Positions 10,798 through 20,890 are shown, counted from the stretch's first letter. The stretch: 64,000 nucleotides of DNA from Bacteroidia bacterium (GCA_039937835.1 JBDTFR010000022.1:5769-69768); one strand, 5' to 3'. The notes: generated by a model not told the origin, from the letters alone. Program-made: numbers and translations.

Positions 10798-10878
10798 CAA
10801 TATAAAAATAACGATCTTTTACTGTTTTTTCCTTAATAGATTCCTAATTTTACGGTTGTAAAAATTAATTAAATCGTT

Positions 10879-11367
10879 TTGAGTAAACATACACTTCAGG
10901 TAGAATACGATTTTGATTTTGTATTAATCGGCATTTCATCTCATGAAAAAGATTATCGTATATGTTGGGCGCTTAATAATAAACTGGGGTTTAAACTTAC
11001 TAAAACAAATTCACTTGAAATCAAAGGCAAAAAACAAGAAACCCCCTCCTATTTTTCTTTATACAGTTTCGATCATTCTGAGGCTTTTACAGAGTATAAT
11101 GTTATTGCCAACATAAGTGAGAATAAATTAGCTGTAATTAAACAGCACAATTTGTTTAACAATAAAGAGCTTAAACAGGAATATGTTGAAACGGAATTTT
11201 TGTTACCAGAACAAAAGCAGATGGATTATTTGTTTACTATCAAGGGTGAAATAACCGAATTAGAAATAAAGAAAATAATTAACGATATCAAAGAAATTGA
11301 TATTCTGCTTACCGCTGTTAGAATAGACGTTGCATCATTAAAGTCAAAACACAATTTAATTTTTTAA
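10879..11367 (+). CDS. IPExxxVDY-family protein (Bacteroidota-specific, function unknown)
   Basis: DFDFVLIGISS N-terminal block and LPEQKQMDY (an IPExxxVDY-like motif). It sits at the conserved position between rnc and pyk. Confidence 0.55.
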   Translation: MSKHTLQVEYDFDFVLIGISSHEKDYRICWALNNKLGFKLTKTNSLEIKGKKQETPSYFSLYSFDHSEAFTEYNVIANISENKLAVIKQHNLFNNKELKQEYVETEFLLPEQKQMDYLFTIKGEITELEIKKIINDIKEIDILLTAVRIDVASLKSKHNLIF

Positions 11368-11368
11368 T

Positions 11369-12805
11369 ATGAAAAGAACAAAAATAGTAGCCACCCTTGG
11401 GCCTGCTTCATCATCTTTAGAGGTGTTAGAAAAAATGATAATTGCTGGAGTAGATGTATGCCGCATTAATTTTTCGCACGGATCCTACGAAAACGTGGTA
11501 GAACAAATTAAAAATATTAGAATAATAAATAAAAAATTAGGTACTAACACGGCAATACTTGCAGACTTACAAGGTCCCAAATTACGCATTGGATCTGTTG
11601 AAAATAATAGTGTTACGCTGGTTGCTGGTAAAGATATAATTATTACTACGAAGGAGTGTTTAGGAACAGCAGATCGAGTATACATTACTTATCCAGAATT
11701 TCCGAAAGATGTTAAGGTTGGTGAAAGTATTTTAATAGACGATGGTAAACTATTATTAACGGTATCTGCAACAAATAAAGAGGACGAAGTAAAAGCTAAA
11801 ATTATGCACGGTGGTATTTTATCATCAAAAAAAGGCGTTAATCTTCCCAACACAAAAATTTCTTTACCTTGTTTAACAGAAAAAGATTTAAAAGATTTAG
11901 ATTTTGCATTGATACATAAAGTAGATTGGATAGGACTCTCCTTTGTGCGTTCTGCGGCAGATATCATAGAATTAAAAAATCTCATCAAAAAGTTTGATCA
12001 GCAAGTAAGAACTCGAGTGGTGGCAAAAATCGAAAAGCCAGAAGCGATATTAGAAATAGATGCAATTATTGAAGAAACAGATGCTCTAATGGTTGCGCGT
12101 GGGGATTTAGGGGTGGAGGTGCCCATGCAGGAAGTACCAGTTATTCAGAAAATGCTTGTAAAAAAATGTTTAGAGGCTTCTAAACCTGTTATTATTGCTA
12201 CGCAAATGATGGAAAGCATGATTGTAAACATAAGTCCTACGCGGGCAGAGGTTAACGACGTCGCTAATAGCGTAGTGGATGGTGCAGATGCCGTTATGTT
12301 AAGTGGCGAAACCTCTGTAGGAAATCATCCTGTAAAAGTAATAGAAGCGATGACTAAAATAATTCAATTTGTTGAATCAGAGTTGGATATTTACAATAGA
12401 GATTCTTTACCTGCACCCATGTTAGATTTAAAGAACGAGCGTTTTATTTCTGACTCGATTTGTTTTACAGCCTCTAAAATGGCGCAACGCACAGGTGCGG
12501 CAGCCATCGTAACCATGACCCATTCTGGCTACACGGCTATTAAACTATCGAGTAGCAGACCAAGGGCTAAAATATATGTGTTTACGGATAATCATCACAT
12601 TCTTACCACACTTAATTTAGTTTGGGGAGTAGAAGGGTTTTATTATGATAAAAATATAAGTACAGATCATACCATTGCTGATATTAAAGTAAGGTTAAAA
12701 AAAAGCGGAATGGTAAATACAAATGATCTTATTATAAATATAGCGAGTATTCCACTGGGAGAAAAAGGGATGTCAAATATGATAAAACTTAGTACGGTAG
12801 ATTAG
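11369..12805 (+). CDS. pyk: Pyruvate kinase
   Basis: 478 aa. KIVATLGP, MVARGDLGVE and the C-terminal allosteric domain. Confidence 0.95.
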   Translation: MKRTKIVATLGPASSSLEVLEKMIIAGVDVCRINFSHGSYENVVEQIKNIRIINKKLGTNTAILADLQGPKLRIGSVENNSVTLVAGKDIIITTKECLGTADRVYITYPEFPKDVKVGESILIDDGKLLLTVSATNKEDEVKAKIMHGGILSSKKGVNLPNTKISLPCLTEKDLKDLDFALIHKVDWIGLSFVRSAADIIELKNLIKKFDQQVRTRVVAKIEKPEAILEIDAIIEETDALMVARGDLGVEVPMQEVPVIQKMLVKKCLEASKPVIIATQMMESMIVNISPTRAEVNDVANSVVDGADAVMLSGETSVGNHPVKVIEAMTKIIQFVESELDIYNRDSLPAPMLDLKNERFISDSICFTASKMAQRTGAAAIVTMTHSGYTAIKLSSSRPRAKIYVFTDNHHILTTLNLVWGVEGFYYDKNISTDHTIADIKVRLKKSGMVNTNDLIINIASIPLGEKGMSNMIKLSTVD

Positions 12806-12808
12806 CTC

Positions 12809-13615
12809 ATGCCTTTCGCAGATTTTAGAAAAACAAAAATTAATTATACCGATTCTGGAAAAGGACGAGTAATTGTATTGTTGCATGGCTTTTTGGGTTC
12901 ACATGAAATATGGGCTGATTTTGCGAAAAAGTTATCAAAAAAATATCGAGTAATTATTATCGATCTATTAGGGCATGGAGCAACATCTACTATTGGGTAT
13001 TATCATAGTATGGAATTATTGGCGCAAAGTGTAAAAGCCGTGCTTGATAAAATAGGGGTAAGACGATATGTACTTGCTGGGCACTCCATGGGCGGATATG
13101 TTACACTTGCGTTCGCGGAATTATTTCCTGATAACATAAGTGGCTTGTGTTTATTTAATTCTACAGCCTATTCAGATACTGAAGAAAAAAAGAAAGATAG
13201 GGAACGAGCCGTTCGATTGGTTAAAAAAGGACATAAAAATTACCTATCAGAAGTTTTAGCTTCTTTATTTGCCGAAGAAAACAAAATAAAGTTTAAGTTC
13301 TGCATAGAAAAAGCAAAACGTATTGCATCTCAAATTTCGAGGCAAAGTATCATAAATAATTTAGAGGGGATGAAAGAGCGAAAAAGCCGTGATCTTATTT
13401 TAAGATTTGCCGACTATCCAATACTTTTTATTATCGGCAAAAAAGATACAGTAATCAATTATCAAACTATGTATCCTCAAATAGGCATATGTAAATTCCC
13501 TACAGTATTACTATTGGAAAATTCAGCACACATGAGTTTTTATGAATCACCAGAAGAAACTTTAAAGGAGTTAGAATTATTTTTAAGTAGGTGCTTTAAA
13601 AAGCTGTATTTGTGA
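12809..13615 (+). CDS. Alpha/beta-hydrolase fold protein
   Basis: HGFLGS oxyanion region and the GHSMGG nucleophile elbow. 268 aa. Confidence 0.75.
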   Translation: MPFADFRKTKINYTDSGKGRVIVLLHGFLGSHEIWADFAKKLSKKYRVIIIDLLGHGATSTIGYYHSMELLAQSVKAVLDKIGVRRYVLAGHSMGGYVTLAFAELFPDNISGLCLFNSTAYSDTEEKKKDRERAVRLVKKGHKNYLSEVLASLFAEENKIKFKFCIEKAKRIASQISRQSIINNLEGMKERKSRDLILRFADYPILFIIGKKDTVINYQTMYPQIGICKFPTVLLLENSAHMSFYESPEETLKELELFLSRCFKKLYL

Positions 13616-13695
13616 AATAAATGTTAATAAAAATTAATGAAAAGCGACTACAAATTTTATTAGCTTTGCAGCCTTAAAAGAGAATTTAAAAAAAA

Positions 13696-13763
13696 GTTTG
13701 AAAATTTGCTCATTAACCTAACAACATCCCCATGTGTCAATTAAATGCTGCAAATTCTCAAAC
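13696..13763. repeat. Repeat copy 1 hairpin (core 13714-13744)
   Basis: Arms GTTTGAAAATTTGC / GCAAATTCTCAAAC. Confidence 0.7.
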
Positions 13764-13936
13764 CTTTTTTATTTATTAAAGAAACAAACGTTTCTTTAGT
13801 ATTTCGATAGCAATATTAATACATAAATTGAGGTGTAAAAACCGCATTTAGTAAATGGCAAGGTATCTTTATTGAATGGTTGGAATTTAAACTTAAGTGG
13901 TAAAAACGGATAAGAAATGAACTAACTTAAAAAAAA

Positions 13937-14006
13937 GATCGGAGATTTTATATATTAACCTAACAACATCCCCATGTGCTAATTAATTATTTTAAAATCT
14001 CCGACC
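13937..14006. repeat. Repeat copy 2 hairpin (core 13955-13986)
   Basis: Arms GATCGGAGATTTTA / TAAAATCTCCGACC. The arm sequences differ from copy 1 but stay complementary. Confidence 0.7.
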
Positions 14007-14185
14007 TTTTCTAAACTAAAGAACAAAAAACCCTTTTTATTATTTCTACTGCAATATTAAGCTAAAAGTGAATAGATTAAATCGATCAATTAGTAGAAGG
14101 TAAGAAAATTTTATTGAGCGGTAGAAAACAAATGGTAAACGGTTTTGATGTAACTAAAAAAACGGAACTTCGTTTATAAAAAAAA

Positions 14186-14255
14186 GGTTCGAAAATTTAC
14201 TCATTAACCTAACAACATCCCCATGTGCCAATTAATTTTTGTAAACCTTCGACCC
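14186..14255. repeat. Repeat copy 3 hairpin (core 14204-14235)
   Basis: Arms GGTTCGAAAATTTAC / GTAAACCTTCGACCC, partly complementary. Confidence 0.65.
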
Positions 14256-14392
14256 TTTTTTCTTTTAAAGGAAGGTTGCCCTTCCCTTGTTTCGACAACA
14301 ATGATACGCAAGAAAGTGTTGTACAAATACCGCAAATGAGCCGATGGTGAGAGAATGTTATTAAACGGCAGTAAATTACCAGTAAGCGGCTT

Positions 14393-15142
14393 TTAAATAA
14401 GCGATAATTTTTCTAAAAATTCATTTTTATTTCTTCGAGATACCTCTACTTTAGAATCATCTGACATAACAACGTAACCACCTTCGCCTTTAATATACTT
14501 TTTTGCATGCACTAAATTTATTAGATGAGAGCGATGAACCCGAAAAAAATTATCTTCCGCAAACATTTGCTCATATTCCCCAAGAGTGCGAGAAGCAACT
14601 ATTTTTTTACCCGTTGTGAGGATGAAGAAAGTATAGTTACCATCTGAATCACAACGAATAATATCGGAAAGATTTATAAAAATTAATCCTTCCCCATCAG
14701 GAATCCCTACTTTTTTTAATTTATTTTCTGGACGAACGTTCGAAAGCAAGGCTTTAAACTGTTCATCAAAACCATTGCCTTTATTTAATTTTTTTTCTAG
14801 GCGGTTAACTGCCTCTACAAGTTCTTCAGGGTCTATTGGTTTTAATAGGTAATCAATAGCACTGAATTTAATGGCTTTAATGGCATAATGGTCATAAGCT
14901 GTAGTAAAAATAATACTAAACGTAATATCTTTAAATTTCTCTAATAAGTCAAATGCATTACCGTTGGGCATTTCTATATCTAGAAAAATTAAATCGGGCT
15001 TATGATTGGTAATGGCTTCAAAACCAGTTAACATAGAATCAGCTTTTGCTACAATTTGCAATTGTTTGCAATTTTTTTCAATCATTTTAGACAATGATTC
15101 TCTTGCTCCAGATTCATCATCTATAATTATGGTCTTTATCAT
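14393..15142 (-). CDS. LytTR-family two-component response regulator (REC + LytTR DNA-binding domain)
   Basis: N-terminal receiver (IIIDDE, phospho-acceptor Asp in LIFLDIEMP) and a C-terminal LytTR domain (FFRVHRSHLINL). Confidence 0.9.
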   Translation of the reverse strand: MIKTIIIDDESGARESLSKMIEKNCKQLQIVAKADSMLTGFEAITNHKPDLIFLDIEMPNGNAFDLLEKFKDITFSIIFTTAYDHYAIKAIKFSAIDYLLKPIDPEELVEAVNRLEKKLNKGNGFDEQFKALLSNVRPENKLKKVGIPDGEGLIFINLSDIIRCDSDGNYTFFILTTGKKIVASRTLGEYEQMFAEDNFFRVHRSHLINLVHAKKYIKGEGGYVVMSDDSKVEVSRRNKNEFLEKLSLI

Positions 15143-15156
15143 CTATTTTTTCAAAT

Positions 15157-18120
15157 TTAATTATCATCTACTTCAATCGGAATAACCAGCTGTACTTTTG
15201 TTCCAGCGGTGTTTCCGTTTATATATATATCTGTAATTTCTACATACAAGTTACTATTTAGGCTAGAGTTTAAAACATCCAAACGTTCTTGTGTGATGCT
15301 CATCCCCATGGATTTATGTTGTTGAACTCTATTTTTCTTAAATTCTTCTGCTTTTTTTCGCCCAATTCCATTGTCTTCAATAATACACAAAATTGTATCA
15401 CCTTGACGGTGTAAAGTTATGGTAATTTTACCAGATTCTTTTTTAGGTAGCAGACCGTGAATGATAGCGTTTTCAACATAAGGCTGAATGAGCATTGAAG
15501 GAATTCGGTCGTAATTTTGGTCAACCGTAGCGTCAACTATTATGGAGTATTGAAACTTATTTTCGAAACGCATAACTTCTAACTCCAAATATAGATTTAA
15601 AGCATTTATTTCTTCTGCTACTGGTATCATTTGCTGTTTGGAGTTATCCATTATTCTTCGCATTAGTTTTGCAAATTTTGATAGGTATTTTAGCGCCGCA
15701 TTGGTATCATTATTAGAAATATAATGCTGAATGGAGCTTAATGTATTAAAAATAAAATGAGGGTTCATTTGAGCTCGTAAGGCTTGCGACTCAATGTTAG
15801 CAATTTTTTTATTAAGTTCGGTTTTATTTTTTTCCCGTATTTTTATCTGTCGGATGCGGTATAAAGTAGAAAAGATAGCCGCAATTAAGATAAATGAAGC
15901 CGAGGAGATAATAAATAGCCATGTTTTCCAAAAAGGTTGATCAATGGTAAAACTATATGTTGCAGGCACTTTATTCCAAATACCCTCGTTATTTGAGCTA
16001 ATAACATTGAATGTATAGGAACCTGGAGGCAAATTAAAATATGTTACAGATCGTTCTTTAGACGGTAAAGACCAGTCTTTCTGAAATCCCTCCAAAATGT
16101 ATGAGTAAAGCACTTTATCAGGGTTTGTTAAGCAAATTCCGGAATATGCAAAAGTGATATTATTATCATTGTATTTTAAATGTGCATTATTTAGTAAAAG
16201 AGTATCTGTATACGACAAGAAAAAATCAGTGATACTTATCCTCGCTTCCGTTTTGTTTTCAATATATCCTTTCGGGTCGTATTTTATTAGCCCTTTTACA
16301 GTAGTAAACCAAATGGAGCCATCTTTTTCTAAAAAATGCCCTTCATTGCACTCTACCCCTAAAAATCCTTCTTGTTTCCCAAAAGGAATTATTTTTTTTT
16401 GACCAATTTTTTTAAATTCAGCTAAATTCAATTTATTAACTCCTTGATTGGTGCCAATCCACATTTCATTTTGTGTTTTACCAAAAGTTAAAGAGTAAAT
16501 TAAATCAGAACTCATGCCATCTGCTTGAGTAAAGCGGGTTGGTTTAATTTTTGAATTGTAGGGGTTCATCATCCATAATCCATCCAATGTTCCAAAATAT
16601 AAATTGCCTTCACTATCAACTAATGCTTGTAAAAAGGAGTCACTTTTTAGACCTAACTTTTCACTGCATTCAACAAACGTATTGCCATCGTATTTTATAA
16701 GTCCGCCTAAATAAGTACCAATCCATAATACACCTGTTGTATCTTCAACAAAACAAGCAGTAATAAAATTTTTAGATTTAGTTTTAAAAGTATAAGAGGT
16801 AAAATGATGGCCATCGTACTTGTAGATACATTCTTTGCCTCCAATCCAAATATTATTTTTAGAATCTTTATAAAAGCAATTTATAGACTTGGTAAAAACG
16901 TTTGTAGTGTCTACTTTCTTTATAAACTTTTTACGATTAAAAATGGTTAAGCCTTGGTCGGTAGCAAGCCACAATGAATCTGGAGAGTATTCATAAATAT
17001 TTCTTATTATTTTTGCTTTTAAGCCATTGTTGCTGCCATAAAATACAAATGTATCCTTCACAAATTTATATAATAAGCCTTCTTGTGAGCCTGCCCAAAG
17101 TGTATCTTTAGAATCACGCATTACGGAAGTCATGAAACCATAGCTTAGCCCATCCTTTGGCCCATAACTAATAAAGGGAGTTCCCCTGTATTTGAATAAA
17201 CCAGCTTTAGTGCCTAACCATATATTGTTTTCAAAATCTTCAAACAGGCAGTTAATGATATTGCTGTTAGGACCAAGTTTTATAGGGTATTTTTGAAAAC
17301 GATTATCATAATAACTTATTAACCCAGTAGAGGTGCCTAACCATACTCTGTTTTTGTAGTCTGTAATTACGGTTCGTATATCTACATCCATTAAGCCTTG
17401 CTGTTGTGCTAGCGTAGTAAATTTATTGTTTGCATATTTACATAGACCAGCCGCCGTTGCGATCCAAATATTTTGTTGACGATCTTGTGTTATTCCATTG
17501 ATGCTATTATTAGGTAAGCCGTCTGCAAGCAGATAGTTAGTAAAGCTGTTTCCATCGAATACGGTTATTCCCATATCGGTGCCAATCCATATTTTTCCAC
17601 TAACATCTACATAAAGACATTTAACATTATTGGAAATCATACCATCTTTTGTAGAAAAATTAATAAACGTACCACCAGTTAATTTACTTATACCTTTATT
17701 AGTTCCAAACCAAATATTCCCTCCTTTATCTTTTATACAGGCAGAAATGCTGTCACTTATAAGTCCATTCTTAGAAGTATAGTCTGTAAATTTTTTACCG
17801 TCGAATTTGTTTACTCCATTGATAGTACCTATCCATAAATTGCCTTTATTGTCTTGATTAATGCACGTTACGGAATGATTCAACAAACCATCTTCTGGAC
17901 TATAGTTTGTAAAAGAATGGCCATCGAATTTACTTAGTCCACCGTAACCCCCACTCCATAAATTCCCTTTATCATCTTGAAAAATGGTAGAAACGTATAC
18001 AAACGGTAAACCATCTTCTGCCGAATAATTTCGAAAATAATAGGATTGTGCTATAATTTTTTGAAACAATAATAGCTGTAAACCAATAAAAAGAAATATG
18101 AATTTATTTTTAATTTGCAT
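15157..18120 (-). CDS. Sensor histidine kinase: periplasmic two-component-regulator beta-propeller repeats + Y_Y_Y domain + TM + LytS/YehU-type His_kinase + HATPase
   Basis: 987 aa. Signal peptide, many repeats of the type GLxxxxVxxIxQDxxGNLWIGT, one TM helix, the MNPHFIFNTLSSI histidine-kinase box (PF06580 type that pairs with LytTR regulators), and an ATPase domain. Confidence 0.85.
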   Translation of the reverse strand: MQIKNKFIFLFIGLQLLLFQKIIAQSYYFRNYSAEDGLPFVYVSTIFQDDKGNLWSGGYGGLSKFDGHSFTNYSPEDGLLNHSVTCINQDNKGNLWIGTINGVNKFDGKKFTDYTSKNGLISDSISACIKDKGGNIWFGTNKGISKLTGGTFINFSTKDGMISNNVKCLYVDVSGKIWIGTDMGITVFDGNSFTNYLLADGLPNNSINGITQDRQQNIWIATAAGLCKYANNKFTTLAQQQGLMDVDIRTVITDYKNRVWLGTSTGLISYYDNRFQKYPIKLGPNSNIINCLFEDFENNIWLGTKAGLFKYRGTPFISYGPKDGLSYGFMTSVMRDSKDTLWAGSQEGLLYKFVKDTFVFYGSNNGLKAKIIRNIYEYSPDSLWLATDQGLTIFNRKKFIKKVDTTNVFTKSINCFYKDSKNNIWIGGKECIYKYDGHHFTSYTFKTKSKNFITACFVEDTTGVLWIGTYLGGLIKYDGNTFVECSEKLGLKSDSFLQALVDSEGNLYFGTLDGLWMMNPYNSKIKPTRFTQADGMSSDLIYSLTFGKTQNEMWIGTNQGVNKLNLAEFKKIGQKKIIPFGKQEGFLGVECNEGHFLEKDGSIWFTTVKGLIKYDPKGYIENKTEARISITDFFLSYTDTLLLNNAHLKYNDNNITFAYSGICLTNPDKVLYSYILEGFQKDWSLPSKERSVTYFNLPPGSYTFNVISSNNEGIWNKVPATYSFTIDQPFWKTWLFIISSASFILIAAIFSTLYRIRQIKIREKNKTELNKKIANIESQALRAQMNPHFIFNTLSSIQHYISNNDTNAALKYLSKFAKLMRRIMDNSKQQMIPVAEEINALNLYLELEVMRFENKFQYSIIVDATVDQNYDRIPSMLIQPYVENAIIHGLLPKKESGKITITLHRQGDTILCIIEDNGIGRKKAEEFKKNRVQQHKSMGMSITQERLDVLNSSLNSNLYVEITDIYINGNTAGTKVQLVIPIEVDDN

Positions 18121-19204
18121 CTAACAGATCGCCGTTTCCATTTTTATTTTTAAAAAAAGCATCCCAACCCTGAGCTACCAGTGGAAAGGAGGTTCCAGCA
18201 TTTGTAATTAAATTTACTCCATCTTTTATATTTGTAATATGTCCAATAACCGATATATCTGGATTTGCTTTTATTTTTGAAAAATCAGAAGCGTCAATCG
18301 TAAAAAGTAATTCATAGTCTTCTCCCCCGCTTAATGCACATAGGGTGGGGTCAAGGTTAAATTCGCGAGCCATGTTATAAGTAGAGGGGTCAATTGGAAT
18401 CTTTTCTTCATATAAACTACAACCTACTTCAGATTGTGTGGTCAAATGTAAAATTTCAGAAGCTAAACCATCTGATATATCAATCATCGAAGTAGGTTTT
18501 ACTTCTAATAATTTTAATAAAGGAGGAATGTCTTTACGCGCTTCTGGTTTTAATTGACGTTCTAGTATATAATCATTTCCTCCTAAGTCGGGCTGTACGT
18601 TTGGCGTTTCAATATATATTTGTTTTTCTCGCTCTAATAATTGTAACCCTACGTAAGCACCCCCCAAATCACCAGTAACACAAAGCAAGTTTCCTTCTTT
18701 AGCACCATTGCGATAAACAATATCTTTTTCATCTGCTTCACCAATTGCCGTAATGCTAATAACCAAACCCGATTTGGAAGTGGTGGTGTCTCCTCCAACA
18801 ATATCCACCTGATGTTTTTCACAGGCTAGTAACATTCCTGAATAGAGTTCTTCCATTGCTTCCACCGAAAAACGGTTAGATAAAGCAAAAGAAACCGTTA
18901 TTTGTTTAGGGATTGCATTCATAGCGTAAATATCTGATAAATTGACTGATACAGCCTTATATCCCAAATGTTTCAGAGGTACGTATGTTAAATCAAAGTG
19001 TACTCCTTCTACTAACATATCGGTAGTTATAACGGTTTGTTTGCCTTTATAGTCAATTACCGCAGCATCATCACCCACTCCTTTTAGGCTACTTTCATTT
19101 TTTAATTTTATAAATTGAGTCAGGTGTTTTATCAAACCAAACTCTCCTAAACTACTTAATTCTGTACGTGTTGTATTTTCTAGCATAAACGAATTTTGTT
19201 GCAA
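18110..19204 (-). CDS. thiL: Thiamine-monophosphate kinase
   Basis: ELSSLGEFGLI N-terminal block, AIR-synthase-like fold (GDDAAV, VGGDTT). Overlaps the kinase gene by 11 bp. Confidence 0.8.
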   Translation of the reverse strand: MQQNSFMLENTTRTELSSLGEFGLIKHLTQFIKLKNESSLKGVGDDAAVIDYKGKQTVITTDMLVEGVHFDLTYVPLKHLGYKAVSVNLSDIYAMNAIPKQITVSFALSNRFSVEAMEELYSGMLLACEKHQVDIVGGDTTTSKSGLVISITAIGEADEKDIVYRNGAKEGNLLCVTGDLGGAYVGLQLLEREKQIYIETPNVQPDLGGNDYILERQLKPEARKDIPPLLKLLEVKPTSMIDISDGLASEILHLTTQSEVGCSLYEEKIPIDPSTYNMAREFNLDPTLCALSGGEDYELLFTIDASDFSKIKANPDISVIGHITNIKDGVNLITNAGTSFPLVAQGWDAFFKNKNGNGDLLDAN

Positions 19205-19495
19205 AAATACTTTTTTAAAATGGATTATTAAATAAACGCTAATTATGGAGTAAGTAACTATAAAGGATGCTTCAAGAAATGAATTTATAAGCAGGTATTT
19301 TTTAACAGAATAATTCTTTTAGAATAGTAGTCAAGTATAAATTTATTTAGATGGCTACATAAATAATAATGGTTTATTGTAAAACAGCAGAGAGCAGTAA
19401 GCAGAATAGATTTCGTCTTATTTTTTATACTGTTCGATTTTTTTATAAGGTAAATTAGCTTTATCTTTACTTAAGTATAAACTAGCAAATACCAA

Positions 19496-20833
19496 ATGAA
19501 AATGATTAAAAAAAGCTACGTAACACTTTTTTTCTTAGCAGGGAGTTATTTTTTACAAGCTCAGATAACTACCTCAGAGGAACTGGTTAAGAGGTGCGGA
19601 ACCATGGAACACATGGAGTATTTGAAACAGCAAGATCCTACCTTAGAGAAACAATTAGAAGATTATGATAAAGTGCTTGACCAGTGGGTGGCAAAGCATC
19701 CCAGTGGCGATAAAAGTCGTGCAACAAGAATTATACCCATAGTGTTTCATATTGTTTACAATAAAGACGAAGAAAACATTTCTGATGCAAAAGTTTTATC
19801 ACAGTTAAAAGCGGTTAATGAAGATTTTTCTAGAACCAATGCAGATACAGCACTAACTCCTAAGGAATTTAAAAGCGTTGCGGGCAATCCAAATATCCAA
19901 TTTTGCTTAGCTACCATTGATCCTTCTGGAAAACCTACCACTGGAATTGATCGTGTAAAAACAAGCGCAACGGGATTTAGCACGGATGATAAAATAAAAT
20001 ATACGTCGAGTGGTGGTGCTGATGCGTGGGATGTAACAAAATATTATAATATATGGATTGGTAATTTAACGGGTGGGCTATTAGGTTATGGAGAATTTCC
20101 TACCAGCAGAGCTTCTAAAACGTATGGTTATGTTGGACTTTATAGGAGTACTGGTACTACTTCCGATGTAAAGGCACCTTACAATAAAGGCAGAACAACC
20201 ACCCATGAAATGGGGCACACGTTTAACTTAAGACATATTTGGGGCGATAACGGACAGTGCGGTGGGTCAGATAACGTGATTGATACTCCTCCACAAAAAG
20301 GCGGATCGAAATCCCCTGCTGGCTCTAATTTTGGTAAGCCTGTATATCCTTTAAATAAAGGTGCATGCACTCGACCAGATGGTGCTGGTGGAGCTAATGT
20401 AACTAATGTTAATGGTGATATGTTCATGAATTACATGGATTATTCAGATGATGATGTTATGAATATGTTTACTAAAGGACAAGTTGCTAGAATGGATGCT
20501 GTTATGAATAATGCGCCGTATAATAAGCTATTTCTTTCTAATGCTTGTGCTGTTGCCACTAACGTATCTGGTTTAACAAATGATTTATCTTTTAGTATTT
20601 ACCCTAACCCTAATGAAGGTAATTTTAATTTAATATTTAGCACCTCCGTTAAGGCGTCTTATAAAATAGAAATAAACAATGCCTTGGGTCAATTAGTTTA
20701 TAAAGAAGAATTGAAAGATTTTAATGGTGAATATTCACAAGCATTAAATGTTGCAAAATATGGTAAAGGTGTTTATACAGTGAGTATATTAAACAATCAA
20801 AACCAATCAGTAAAAAAATTAATGGTTTATTAA
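19496..20833 (+). CDS. Secreted M43-family (cytophagalysin/pappalysin-like) zinc metalloprotease with T9SS C-terminal sorting domain
   Basis: Signal peptide, HEMGHTFNLRH zinc-binding motif, and a C-terminal ~80-aa beta-sandwich ending KKLMVY, typical of Por/T9SS CTDs. Confidence 0.7.
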   Translation: MKMIKKSYVTLFFLAGSYFLQAQITTSEELVKRCGTMEHMEYLKQQDPTLEKQLEDYDKVLDQWVAKHPSGDKSRATRIIPIVFHIVYNKDEENISDAKVLSQLKAVNEDFSRTNADTALTPKEFKSVAGNPNIQFCLATIDPSGKPTTGIDRVKTSATGFSTDDKIKYTSSGGADAWDVTKYYNIWIGNLTGGLLGYGEFPTSRASKTYGYVGLYRSTGTTSDVKAPYNKGRTTTHEMGHTFNLRHIWGDNGQCGGSDNVIDTPPQKGGSKSPAGSNFGKPVYPLNKGACTRPDGAGGANVTNVNGDMFMNYMDYSDDDVMNMFTKGQVARMDAVMNNAPYNKLFLSNACAVATNVSGLTNDLSFSIYPNPNEGNFNLIFSTSVKASYKIEINNALGQLVYKEELKDFNGEYSQALNVAKYGKGVYTVSILNNQNQSVKKLMVY

Positions 20834-20851
20834 AACGAGTATTTTTAAATC

Positions 20852-20890
20852 GAGGGGCTATTTCTAATTTTAGAAATAGCCCCTCTTTAT
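20852..20890 (+). terminator. Rho-independent terminator after the protease gene
   Basis: Perfect 16-bp inverted repeat GAGGGGCTATTTCTAA / TTAGAAATAGCCCCTC followed by TTTAT. Confidence 0.7.

Larger units (their letters stand above)
13688..14390. repeat. Tandem triplication of a ~245-bp element (units starting near 13688, 13929 and 14178)
   Basis: Each unit reads A-run, 14-15 bp stem arm, invariant 31-nt core TTAACCTAACAACATCCCCATGTG(T/C)(C/T)AATTAA, complementary arm, T-run, then a diverged ~160-bp tail. Three copies were read directly. Confidence 0.75.

Noticed and set aside
13688-14390. Possibility that the tandem repeats are a CRISPR array
   Set aside because: Units are about 245 bp with long diverged tails. 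There are no 25-45-bp unique spacers between short identical repeats, and no cas genes in the window.
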